A stretch of DNA of 64,000 bases from the human T2T-CHM13v2.0 reference genome, Homo sapiens, in assembly GCF_009914755.1 (NCBI RefSeq), contig NC_060928.1. One strand, 5' to 3'. The first letter of the stretch is position 1. Each line of letters opens with the position of its first letter. A model generated the notes under the pieces. That model had not been told where the DNA came from. It saw only the letters and a list, made by a program, of their open reading frames with translations, and did not search any database. Shown here in pieces: positions 1-13,529 of this stretch. Position numbers and translations under genes: made by a program.

Positions 1-1284
1 AATTACATCCACTGTAAAATTACAAAAAAAAGGAAATTATTCATGAAGTTAAACAAAATTGAAAATGGGTTATAATTCTTTTTCTAAGAAGTTTTTGAAC
101 AGATGTTTCTTAACTAGTTTTAATTGAATGGAAATAGAATTCTCTGCAGTATGTGCTGTATTGGCAATGCCAACTCTCATTAAAATAATAAATTCGGAAT
201 AAATTTTATTAGTATTTTGAAGTAAAAATGAGAAACCTATAAGAAAAAATATTATAATATTTGCTTTTAATAACATTATAATATTTATCTTGTATCTTGC
301 ACACAGGGAGGTTTAAAGGAATACTTTTGTCCACTTATCAGAAAAATTAATCATAACCTCCTCTGCAATAAACACTTTTTGGGTCCATTATTGGTTTACA
401 ATAAAATATAAGAAAACAATGAATGTCAGGATACTCCCCTGCTGAGGCAAATGGTATTTTTCCCCGTTCAATTTCCATGCACAAAATTGCTGATGTTCTT
501 CAGTAGGTGTTCACTTATTAGAAAAAGTCAGAATCAGAAACTGGAAGTTGATTGAAAAATCTTAAGAAAAATGAAAGCAAGATATCTTTCTAAATCACAT
601 CATTTGATAAAAGTCATTGCACATAAAAAAGCATTAAGGAGTCTCTATTATAATACAAATCACATTTCTAAAAGTCTTTCCCAAAATTTGTTTCAAAGCT
701 TTCACGTCCCTACACACATACTGATTATATAATGTGGGGACTATTTCAGGATTTAAACATAGACAGTTCAGTGCAAAGTAGAGTTGGTGACATTTCCAAC
801 ATGTAATTAATGAATAATTAATTTGTGTCAGAGGGTAGAATTTAGTCTTTCTTAGCAAAGAGACTTTTATGAAATAATCAGTTAGGAGATGAATGGGAAA
901 ATCAAGCAGGTAAAAATATCCGTGATTGTCAATGAAAAGTTTCCCCAAGATTTAAAAGTAGAGACACACCAAAATATTCATTAAAATTTTTAAAAGTCAC
1001 ATATGTATATTTTTACCCAATTAGAAAGAGATATATGTATTACTATGAAGGAAAAACATTAACCTCAATATATATTCTTAATTACTCCAAAATCTAAACT
1101 ATAAAACCTGGGAATCAAATAAGTTTTCAAAGAGAATAATTTGAAAATCCTAACAGATAGATGCAATTGGCTACCTGGTAATAAAAATATAACTGAAAAC
1201 ACAAAATACCTGGAAGAGCACCACTGTCTTTTGTAGAGGGCCTAACATATACTAGGTATATCGATGATTTTTTATTAAGGATTT

Positions 1285-1445
1285 GATTTAGCACTCACAA
1301 TAACAAGTGACGTAGTTTCTATAATTCCCAATTTACAGATAAGAAAACTGAGGCTCAGAATTTTAAAGCTTAGAGAATTCTAACTCTCACATATACATAA
1401 GTAGCAGATAGGATTGAAATCAAAGAACTCAGTACTCCAAGAGTT
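1285..1445 (-). mobile_element. MIR SINE fragment
   Basis: Reverse complement of the MIR core: 'aatttacagataagaaaactgaggctcaga'. Confidence 0.75.
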
Positions 1446-2678
1446 TTCAGCAACATGATTTCCTGATAACATATTTTATCTTGCAGAAATCTTATAGCAG
1501 TAACAACATTAAGAAATGTTGACCATCAAATGACTTTAATTTTCTCTGTATACTAGTGAGTTGAACAACTAATTAGAGATGTATTATAGACATCAGGGTC
1601 TAAGGACTTGGAGTGAGAACTAGAATGCAAATTAGACGTAAATCATAAATATATAAATAGAGATTTGGAAAAAAATATGTATATATATGCACATAGTAGT
1701 TGAAATCATGAGTTTCAAATATAAAGCCCCCAAAGGTCAGATAGATGGCCTGGCCTGAGAGATAATGACAAATAGTGCAGAATAAATATTGTTTAGAATA
1801 AAGGAAAATCAACAGAGTTTTGCACTCAGAAATTAAAAAAGAAATAAAACAAGTGAAGAAGGAAATGTCAAATTTAGACAATTTCAACCAGTTACTCCAC
1901 AGAGAAAAACTGCTTACTGAACCACTTTATATTTTATTTTCTTCTTGAATTTTTAGGGTGACAGGTTGTAAATTTTGCCCCCAAGTCCTACTGAGGGTGG
2001 GTTTATACTGAGGAAATATCAGAGTAAATATTTCTTTTTTTTCCTCGCCCCCAGATTGAGGGCAGAGATAGATAATTATCTCACTATTCCTCCTGGTGAA
2101 GAGCTCTGCAAAGCGAGGAGTTAGGTCTTTGGAGATTCAGCTTTATGTGATGGTCTTCAGTTCCACCACCCACACTTTACAGGTGTTGAGTAGGCAGCCA
2201 GTCTTTAGCAGCATGAGTAGGTAGCCAAGTTCTAAAACTTTGGGGCCTGAGTAAGAGGCTCCTGTCTTGATATCCCTGTTTTTGTGCATTCTTGCAACTT
2301 CAGGTCTCTAAAAAAGAAAAATCCTCTTATATTCTCACCTTCTCAGATGTGCTATATACATAATTTGCCACTACCTCATGGACACTCACAGCAAATCTTC
2401 ATTTCTTCACTTATAATATGACCCATAATAGAGAGAAAAAGAACACTGAAACTGACCTAGAACTGGCACAGATATTAGAATTAGCAGGTATAAACATTAG
2501 AACTGCTATTATTACTGTATTACATAAGTCCAAATAGTTAAGTAGATACAAATGGACCCAAATCTAAATTTTAGAGATGAACGATATAGCATTTGAGATG
2601 AAAAATACATTGAATAGGGGTAAGAAAGATTAATATACTTGAAACTGTAGCTACAGAAAATATCAGAAATAAAACACA

Positions 2679-3026
<348 letters not shown>

Positions 3027-3429
3027 TCAAGTGGTTTAAAATGTGGATAATTGGAGTTACCAAAAGGGTTGGGATAAGGGAGATTTTAAAAAATTAAGAA
3101 ATAATTATTTTTAAAAAGTCCAAACTTGATGAAAATCATAAACTTATAAATCTAAAAAGCTAAGATAATCCCAACTATAGGAAATACAAAGAAAATTACA
3201 TAGTGCTTCATGGTCAAATTGCTCAAAACTAATGATAAATAGAAAATCTTAAAAGCAGAGACAAAAATGCATGTGTCTTACAGGAAGATAGATTAAGATA
3301 AAAGCAGGTTTTTCTTTTGTAAATAAAGCAAGTGATAAAACAGTGGAAGAATATTTTAGAAGTACTGTTAAGAAAAGAAACTGTCAACCTAAAATTGTAT
3401 ACTAGCCAAAATGTTTTTCAAAAACAAAG

Positions 3430-3548
3430 CAATTGGAACTAGTTAGAACTGATGTTTGCACAACATTATGAATATACTAAATTCAATTCAATAATATAAT
3501 TTAATATGGCTAATTTTCTCTTATGTGGATTTCACCTCAATAAAAAAC
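3430..3548 (+). mobile_element. Short L1MB-type 3' end inserted in the older L1
   Basis: 'tgatgtttgcacaacattatgaatatactaa...ttatgtggatttcacctcaataaaaaa' matches L1MB 3' termini. Confidence 0.55.
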
Positions 3549-5977
3549 TAAGATAAAAACTTATTTTCAGATATGCAAGAGATAAAAAAATTTAGCACTA
3601 CGGGGCCAAGGAAAGTAAAACCAAATCAAATCATAGATCTATTAAAAAAAGAATGAAGAATACCAGAAGGGGTAGCTACATGGGTAAATATATGTTTATT
3701 TTCTTACTATTTACATGTATTTAAATGAAAATTGACTAAAAAATCATAAGTGCATTGTTGGATATATATTATATGACAACAGTAGCCTTGAGAAATTGAA
3801 GAATACTGTTACCAGGTTCTTATATAATATGTAAAATATAAATTGAAGGTAAACTGTTATAAGTTAAAGTTGTATATTATAAACTCTAACACAACCACTA
3901 AAGCAACAAAATCATTACAGCTAATTAGCCAATAAATAAAATAAAACGATATAATAGCAAAATTACATAATCCAAAAGATATCAGAAGAAATAAGAGAAA
4001 CAAAGAAAAGGTGGGACAAATACGGGAAAAATAGCATGATAATTGACCCAAGTCTAATCATATCAAAAACCATATTAGAGGAGGGCAGAGGAAGATGGTG
4101 GAAGAGAAGGCTCCAGCTATCGTCCCTTCTGCAAGGACACCAGTTTAACAACTATCTACACAGAAAAAACACCTTCATAAGAACTAAAAATAAGGTAAGC
4201 ACTCATAGTAACTGGTTTTAACTTCATATTGTTGAAAGAGTCACTGAAGAGATAGCAAAAGCAGTCCTAAGCCGCTGACACCACCCCTCCCCCACCCCTT
4301 AGTAGTGGCAGCATGATACAGAGAGCATCTCTGGGTGCTGGGGGAGGGATAACGCAGCACTTGTGAGGCATTGAGCTCAGTGTTGTCTGGTTAGAGCAGA
4401 AAGAAAAACTGGACCAAGCTCAACTAATGCCTAACCATGAAGAGAGCAATTAAACCAGCCCTAGCCAGAGGGGAGTTGCTGATCCCAGTGGTCAGAACTT
4501 GATTTCTTAAAAACCGTGCCACCAAAGGCCAAAGTGCTCTGTGTTCTCTAGTGATGAGCTAGGCTGAAAGACAGTGGACTGGGGGTGGCATGTGACATAA
4601 TGAGACAACAGCTGGGATGGCTAAGGGAGTGCTAGCATCACTTCTCCCCTAACCTTAGGCTGCACAGTTCACAACTTCAAAAGAGACCACTTCCTTCTGT
4701 CTGAGGAGAGGAGAGGGAAGAGTGGGGAGGATTTTGTCTTTCATGTTGGGTACCAGCACATCCATAGCAGGATAGGGCAGTGGTCAGAGTCATGAGTTCC
4801 TTGTTCCAGGTCCTAGTTATCCGGTGACATTTCCAGACAAACCTGTGGCCAGAAAGGAACTCACTTTCTTGAATGAAAGGACCCAGTCCTGGCAGCATTC
4901 ATCATCTTCTAACTGAAGAGATTTGAGGCCCTGAATACCAGCAGTGATAGCTAGGTATTATGTTGAGAGCCATGGGTGAGCCTCAGAGACTTCCTGGCTT
5001 CAGATGCCAGCATGGCCATAGTGGGGTAGAGCACCAAACATGCTCTTTGGGTCCCCGATTCCAGGACCTGACTCTCAGATGGCATTTCTGGACCTGATCT
5101 GGGCCAGAGGGGAGCCCACTGCCCTGAAAGGTGAGTCTCAGGCTAGGCAACATTCACCACAAGCTGACATAAGAGACCTTGGGCCTCAAGGGAACATTGA
5201 CGATAGTTTGACAGTACTCCTTGTGGTCTGGGGTGGCAGTGGCTATAAGTGAGTCTCCTCTGCCCTTTGGAAAGGGGAGGGAAGATTGGGAAGAACTGTA
5301 TCTTGTGGTCTGAGTGTCATTTCAGCTGCAGTACAATAGAATACCGGGTAGACTTCTAAGGTTTTTGACTCTAGTCTCTGGCTCCTGGATGGCACCTCTG
5401 CCTCTACTGAGGGCCTGAGGACTTTTGCTGCCCTGAAAGGGAGCACAGGCCTGGATGGCTTTGCCACCTGCTGTATGTAGAACCCCAGTGCCTTCCACAA
5501 ACATAGGCAGTAGCTAGGGAATGATTACTGCAGGCCTTGGGTGAGACCCAGTGCTGTGGTGGCTTCAGGTCTGACCCAGCACAGTCATACTGGTAGTGGC
5601 CATGGGTGTGCTTGTGTCACTTCACCCCCAGCTTTAAGTGGCTCAGAACAGAGTGAGACTATGCTTGTTTGGGAGAAAGTAAGAGAAGAGATTAAGTCTC
5701 TTCCTGGTAATCTATAGAATTCTCTCAGACCTTGTCCAGGACCAACAGTTGATACCTCTACAACTCTAAAAGAACCACAGCATGACTGGGCTTTGGTTGT
5801 TTCCTAAAGCACATGTAGCTTAGATCACAACACCCAAGTCCTTTCAAATATCTGTATAGTCTTCCCAAAAAGGATGGGTACAAATAAGCCCAGAAATTGA
5901 CAACTACAATAAATACCTGGTTCTTCAACCCCAAACACCAAAGAACATGTACTAATATTAACACCATCTAGGAATAC

Positions 5978-6930
5978 ATGACCTCACCAAAGGAACTAAA
6001 TAAGGCACCAGGAACCAATCCTCAAGAAACAGAGATATGTGACATTTCAGATAGAGAATTCAAAATAGCTGTATTGAGGAAACTCAAAGAAATCCAAAAG
6101 AACACAGAGAAGGAATTCAGAAGTTCATCAGATAAACTTGTCAAAGAGATTAAAGTAACTTAAAAGAATCAAACAGAAATTCTGGAGATGAAAAATGCAA
6201 CTGGCATACTGAAAAATGCATCTGAGTTTTTCAATAGCAGAATAGATTAAGCAGAAGAAATAATTAGTAAGCTTAAAGACAGGACTTGACTTTCCAAGAC
6301 TTGACTTTTAGATAGTATTTCTGGACCTGTCCTGGGCCAGAGGGGAGCCTACTGCCCTGAGGGGTAAATCCAAGGCCAGGCATCATTCACCAGAAGCTAA
6401 CTTAAGGGCTTTAAGGGAACATCAGAAATAGTCTGGCAGTACTCCTTGTGGTCTGGGGTGGCGGTGGCTATGAGTGAGGCTCCTATGCCTTTGGAAAGGG
6501 GAGGGAAGATTAGGTAGAACTCCATCTTTCTATTTGAAATATGCAGAGGAGATAAAAAAATGAATAAAAAACAATGAATCAAAACTACAGGACCTAGAAA
6601 ATAGCCTCAAAAGGGCGAATCTAAGAGTTATTGTCCTTAAACATGAGATAGAGAAAGAGATAGGGATAGAAAGTTTATTCAACAGGATAATAGCAGAGAA
6701 CTTCTCAATCCTGGAGAAAGATATCAATATCCAAGTACAAGAAGGTTATACAACACCAAGAAGATTTAACTCAAAGAAGACTACCTCAAGGCATTTAATA
6801 ATTAGTCTTCCAAAGACTAATTTTTCATACAAACAAAAGCTGAGGGATTTCATCAATACCAGACTGGTCCTGCAAGATATGCTAAAGAGGGAACTTAGGA
6901 AGAAAAGGACATTAAAGAGCAATAAGTGAT
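5978..6930 (+). pseudogene. Disrupted L1 ORF1p (in L1MA1/2)
   Basis: ORF 5978..6163 has an L1 ORF1 N-terminus ('EICDISDREFKIAVLRKLKEIQ'). It is interrupted by stops, an insertion at 6284-6529 and a deletion near 6815. Confidence 0.8.
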
Positions 6931-7420
6931 TACCTGAAGGTACAAAACTCGGGGGGTAATGTAAGTACACAGAAAAACACTGAATATTATAACACTGAAT
7001 CTGTGGTGTGTAAACTACTCTTTTCCTAAGTAGAAAGACTAAAAGATGAACCAATCAATAATAATAATTACAACAACTTTTCAAGACACAGTAAGTACAG
7101 TAAGATATAAATAGAAACAACAAAAAGTTTGAAAGTGGGAAAACAAAGTTAAGGCATAGAGTTTAGTTTTCTTTTGGCTTATTTGTTAGTTTGTTTATGC
7201 AAACAGTATTAAGTTGGTATCAGGTTAAAATAATGGGTTATAAGATAATACTTGCAAGCCTCATGGTAACCTCAAACCAAAAAACATACAATGGACACAC
7301 AGAAAATTAAAAGCAAGAAGCTCAATCATATTAACTGAGAAAATCACCTTTACTAAAGGAAGACAAAAAGAAAAGAAATGATGAAGAGAAGAATACAAAA
7401 AAAAAGGACAACGAATAACA

Positions 7421-10140
7421 AATTGGCAAGAGTAAGTCCTCACTTATCAATAATAACATTGAATGTAAATGGACTAAACTCTCCAATCAAAAGATGTTGA
7501 CTGGCTGAATAGATAAAAAAACAGATCTATTGATCTGTTTCTTACAAGAAATACTTTGCCCATAAAAATATACATAGACTGAAAATAAAGGGATTGAAAA
7601 AGTTATTCCATGTCAATGGAAACCAAAAATGAGCAAGAGTCACTATACCTATCAGTATAGTGACTGAAATCAGACAAAATAGATTTCAAGACCAAAACTA
7701 TAAAAAGAAACAAAGAAGGTCACTATATAATGATAAAGGGGTCATTTCCGCAAGAGAGTATAACAATTGTAAACAGATAGGCAACCAATGATGGAGCAAC
7801 CAGATATATAAAGCAAATGTTATTAGTGCTAAAGAGAGAGACAGGCCCCAATGCAATAATAGCTAGAGACATCACCACTTCACTTTCAGCAGTGGACAGA
7901 TCTTCCAGGCAGAAAACCAACAAAGAAAAAGCAGATTTAATCTTCACTATAGACCAAATGGATCTAAAAATATTTAGACAGCATTTCGTCCAATGGCTGC
8001 AGAATACATATTCTTTTCCTAAGCACATGAATCATTCTTAAGATAGACCACATGCTAGGTCACAAAACAAGTCTTAACACATTCAAAAACACTGGAATAA
8101 TGTTAAGCATCTACTCTGATTGCAATAGAAAAAAACTAGAAATTAATAAGAAGATGAATTTTGGAAACTATAAAATACATGGCAATTAAAAATATGCTCC
8201 TCAATGACAAGTGAGTCAATTAAGAAATTAAGAAGAAAATTGAAAAAATTATTGAAACAAATGATAATGGAAACACAACATACCAAACCTACAGGATACA
8301 GCAAAAGCAATACTAAGCGGGAAGTTCATAGCTATAGGTGCCTATGTCAAAAAAGAGGAAAAATTTAAAATAAGCAATTGAATGATACATTTTAAAGAAC
8401 TAGAAAAGCAAGAGCAACCAAATGCCAAATTAGTAGAAGAAAAGAATAAGAGCAGAAATAAATGACATTGAGATTAAAAAATTCAAAATATCAATGAAAC
8501 AAAAAGTTGGTTTTTGAAAAGGTAAACAAAATTGACAAACCTTTAGCCAGACCAAATAAAAAAGAGGGAAGATACAAATAAATAAAATCAGAAATGAAAA
8601 AGGAGACATTACAAATGATACTGCAGAAATTCAAAGGATCATTAGTGGCCACTATGAGCAACTATATGCCAAAAAATTGGAAAGTCTAGAAGAAATAGAC
8701 AAATTCCTAGAAACATATAACCTACCAAGATTGGACCAGGAAGAAATCCAAAACCTGGCAGACAAATAACAAGTAACAAGATCGAAACCATAATAAAAAG
8801 TCTTCCAGTAAAGAAAAGCTTGTACCCTGATGGCTTTGCTGCTGAATTCTAGCAAACATTTAAAGAACTAATACCATTCAAATTCAAACTATTCCAAACA
8901 TAAAGGAGGAGGGAATATTTCCAAACTCATTCTATGAGGCCAGTATTACCCTGATACCAAAACTAAAGACACATCAAAAAAAAAAGAAAACTACAGGCTA
9001 ATATCTCTGATGAATACTGATGCAAAAATCATCAACAAGATACTAGAAAACCAAATTCAACCATACATTAGAAAGATCATTCATCATGAACAGGTGGTAT
9101 TATTCCGTGGGATGCAAGGATGTTTCAACATACCCAATCATCATATCAACAGAATGGATAGAAACCGTATGATCCTTTCAATTGATGCTGAAAAAGCATT
9201 TGACAAAATTCAACATCATTTCATGATAATAACCCTCAAAACACTGGGGATAGAAGGAACATACCTCAACATAACAAAAGCCATACACGACAGACACATA
9301 GCTAGTATCATAATGCATTGGAAAAAAACTGAAAGTCTTTCTTCTAAGATCTAGCACATGACAAGGATGTCCATTGTCACCACTGTTATTTAGCATTTTC
9401 CTGGAAGTCCTAGCTAGAGCAATCAGACAAGAGAAAGATATAAAGGGCATCCAAGTAGGAATGGAAAAAGTCAAATTATCTTTGTTTGTGGATTATATGA
9501 TCTTATATTTGAATAAACCTAAAGATTCCACAAGAAAACTATTGGAACTGACAAACAAATTCAGTAAAAGAAGACATACAGATGGCAAACAGGCATATGA
9601 AAAGTTGCTCAACACCATTGATCATGAGAGAAATGCAAATCAAAACTACAATGCTGTATTATCTCACCCCAGTTAAAACGGCTTATATTCAAAAGATGGG
9701 CAATAGCAAATGCTGTCGACGATATGGATAAAAGGAAACCCTCGTACACTGTTGGTGGGAATGTGTATTAGTACAGGTGCTATGGTGGTTCCACAAAAAA
9801 CAGCGCTGCTTCCTTATGATCCAGCACTCCCACTACTGGGTACATACTCCCAAAAAAGGAAATCAGCATATTAAAGAGATATCTGCACTCCTATGTTTGT
9901 TGCAGTACTGTTTATAATAGCTAAGATTTGGGAGCAACATAAGTGTCCATCAACACATGAATGAATAAAGATAATGTGGTACATATACAAAATGAAGCAC
10001 TATTCAGCTATAAAAAAAGAATGAGATCCAGTCATTTTCAGCAACTTGTATGCAACTGGAGATCATTATGTTAAGTGAAATAAGCCAGGGACAGAAAGGC
10101 AAACATCACATGTTCTCACTTATTTGTGAGATCTAAAAAT
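7421..10140 (+). pseudogene. Disrupted L1 ORF2p (endonuclease/reverse transcriptase)
   Basis: ORF fragments 7817..8041, 9010..9354 and 9374..9676 carry recognisable L1 EN/RT motifs, with frameshifts and a large deletion at ~9568. Confidence 0.85.
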
Positions 10141-10351
10141 CAAAACAAATGAACTAATTGATATAGAGAGTTGAAAGATGGTCATCAGTGGCTAGGAAGT
10201 GTAATGGGAGATTGGAGAAAGGTGGGTATTGTTAATGGATGCCAAAAAAATAGAAAGAATGAATAAGACCTACTATTTGATAGCACAACAGGTTACTATA
10301 GTCAGAAATATCTTAATTGTACATTTTTAAATAACTTAAAGAGTATAATTG

Positions 10352-10703
<352 letters not shown>

Positions 10704-10940
10704 TCATATTACATGCCTCTGTCAAAACATCTCATATGTACCATAAGCATATACACCTACTATGTACCTACAAATTAAATATTAAAAATTAAATTAAATG
10801 CAAATAGTAATAGCATCCCCAACTAAAAAAAACAGATGGTGATATTTGATTAAAACATAAGACAAAACAGAAAGTACTTCTAAGAAATGTGCTTTGGATA
10901 TAAGCCAAATAAATTCAAAGTATAAGGACAGAGAAAGGTA

Positions 10941-11246
10941 CAGTCCTCCCCCGATATCCACAGGAGAATGGTTCCAGGACTACCCTTCTAATACCAAAGA
11001 CCACAAGTATCAAGTATCTGATATAAAATGGGATAGTATTTGCACATCCTCCCCTATACTTTAAATCATCTTTAAATTGCTTATAATAGTTAATCCAATA
11101 TAAATGCTATGTAAATAGTTTATTGTTTTTATGTGTACTAGTTTGTATTGTTGCATTGTTATTTTTATTGTTTTTAAGAAAACATTTTTTATCCCAGATT
11201 GGTTGAATCCACAGATGTGGAACCTGTGGATACAGAGAAATGACTA
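10941..11246 (+). mobile_element. MER2 (TcMar-Tigger MITE)
   Basis: 'cagtcctcccccgatatcc...tggttccagga...ggttgaatccacagatgtggaacctgtggatacagag...gacta', flanked by TA. Confidence 0.85.
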
Positions 11247-12146
11247 TATACCATTTGAAAGCTAATGTAAACAAACCTGGGGTGGCTATATATTAATATC
11301 AGACAAAGTTGACTTTGGAGCAGAGAATAACCCTAGGGATAAAGAAAATTATTTTATAATGCTAACAGGACTAATACTTCAAGAAGACATTAAAATCCTG
11401 AATATTAGTTCAGATAATAACAGAAGTACAAAATATATGAAGCAAAAATATGATGTTATTGCAAAAGAGAAAAGATGTTCACAGTCATAATTTTAGGTTG
11501 TATTACTCTGCTCTCAATAATTTATAGGACATTTGAACAGAAAATCAGTAAAGGTATAGAAAACTTGAACAACACAGGCAATTGATTTGACCTGATGTTT
11601 ATTGAATACTCCATCTAAAAACAGCTGAATATATACACGCTTTTCAAGTGGACATGGCACATTCACAATAATAAACTATATTCTGTATTACAAAACAAGT
11701 CTTGATTTAAACGTGTTTAAGTCATACAAAGTACATTCTCTGAACAAAATGAAATTAAAATGCAAATCAATCAATAACAGAATGGTATCTGAAATGTCTC
11801 CAAATATTTGGAAATAAGCACATCTAAATAACCCATGGGTCAAAAAAGAAGGCAAATAGAAATTTTTAATGGCATGAAATTAAAATACAATTTATCAAAA
11901 GAAAACGAAAGTATAGAAATTATATCAAGAATGAGAGAACTGATCTTACTATAGTTTCTGCATATTAAAAGGATAACAAGGGGGGAATATTATGGACAAA
12001 TTAACACCAATAAATTTAATAACTTAGATGAAATTGGAAAATTCCTTGAAAGATACAAGTTAGGAAAGCTCACTCAAGATAAATAACCTGAATAGCTTCA
12101 TATTTCTTGAAGGAATTGAATTGTGGTTAAAAAGAAACAAAAATAC

Positions 12147-12150
<4 letters not shown>

Positions 12151-12185
<35 letters not shown>
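12151..12185 (+). repeat. (CA)n microsatellite
   Basis: Direct observation. Confidence 0.95.
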
Positions 12186-12191
<6 letters not shown>

Positions 12192-12499
12192 CCAGGCCCA
12201 ATGGCTTCATGGATAAATGCTATTATCTATACATTTATACATTAAAGAGAAAAAATAATTCTAGATTTATAACAGTTCTTCCAGAAAATGGAGACCAATG
12301 TCACTTTGATACAAATCCAGACAAAGACAGTCCAAAAACTACAGACAAGATCTTCATGAATACAGATGTAAAAATTGTAAACAAAATTTCAACAAATCAG
12401 CCTAACAATATATAAAAAGGGCAACACATCATGACTAATGAAGTTTATGAAAGAATGCAGAGGTTGATTAACAATAAAAATTAATAATGGAATAGTGGA

Positions 12500-12845
12500 G
12501 CAAGTCTTCCAAAAATCTGATTCTATATAGAGGCAAGAACACTAGCACAAATCATCAAAAGCAACTTTTTCAGAACTATGGAAATTAACCAATGACTTAC
12601 AAAAATTTGAGGAGTATCCATTCCTGAAAAAACAGCTGTATTGTGGTGAGAATAGCAAGGTTTGCGGTGTTTATCTTGCATTTTTCCTACCCCTTCTTCC
12701 CCAGTTTTTTTGGTAACCTTGAAAAATGAAAGTCTTGCAACCACAGTAGCTGTGAAAAACAGCAGCCTAGCAGCTACCAGAGGGGAAAAACTGGCTTTGG
12801 AAGGCCTCAAAAAACCCCATCCCCAGAGAATTGTCACTATTTGGT
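12500..12845 (+). mobile_element. Old L1M 5'-region fragment (L1MDa/L1ME-type 5'UTR) embedded in ORF2 sequence
   Basis: 'caactttttcagaactatggaaattaacc...aaaaacagcagcctagcagc...ccccagagaattgtcactatttg' resembles old L1M 5' ends (from recall). Confidence 0.55.
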
Positions 12846-13529
12846 TAAACAAACAGATTAATAAAACCCAATAGAGTCCAGAAGTAGATCCAACATATAT
12901 GAAAAACATTTGGTAAATGTGCAAAGACTATTCAATGGTGAACAGATAGTCTTTTCAACAAATATTGCTGAAACATTTGTATATTCAAATAAAAAAGAAA
13001 ACAAAACAAGCAGAGGTAAACAAACTTTAATTCATATAATGCATACTTTACAGATTCAAAAATTAATTTAAAATAGCTCACAGACCTAAATGTTAAACCA
13101 AAAACTATAAAACTGCTAGATGACAATAGGAGAAAAGCTCTGTGATTTTTTAGATGAGACACCAAAAGCACAATCCATAGAAAAAATTAATAAAATTAAT
13201 CCAAATCTAAAATGTCTGTCCTTTGAAAGACACTAATGAAATAAAAAAGACAGATTATTGATAGGAAAAATATTTGCAAAGCATTTATATGACAAATAAT
13301 TGTTATCTAGAATATGTAAGATTTTTCAAAGCTCAGTAATAGAAAACAATTCCAGAACACATAAGCAATATATTTTTACAACTTATTTACCAGAGAAAAT
13401 ATATGGATGGTGAATAAGCACATGAAAATATCCTCCACAGCATTAACAGTTAGGGAAATGCAAATTAATATATAATAAGATTCCATTATATTGCTGTTAG
13501 AATATCTGAAATTTAAAATCCCGGCCCTA

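Noticed and set aside
70-1887. Minus-strand ORFs of 68-104 aa at the window start
   Set aside because: Low-complexity F/L/I-rich translations typical of AT-rich non-coding DNA; no recognisable domain or splice structure.
4690-5500. Three related ~200-300-bp blocks in the L1 5'UTR
   Set aside because: Internal repeats are a normal feature of this L1MA-type 5'UTR.
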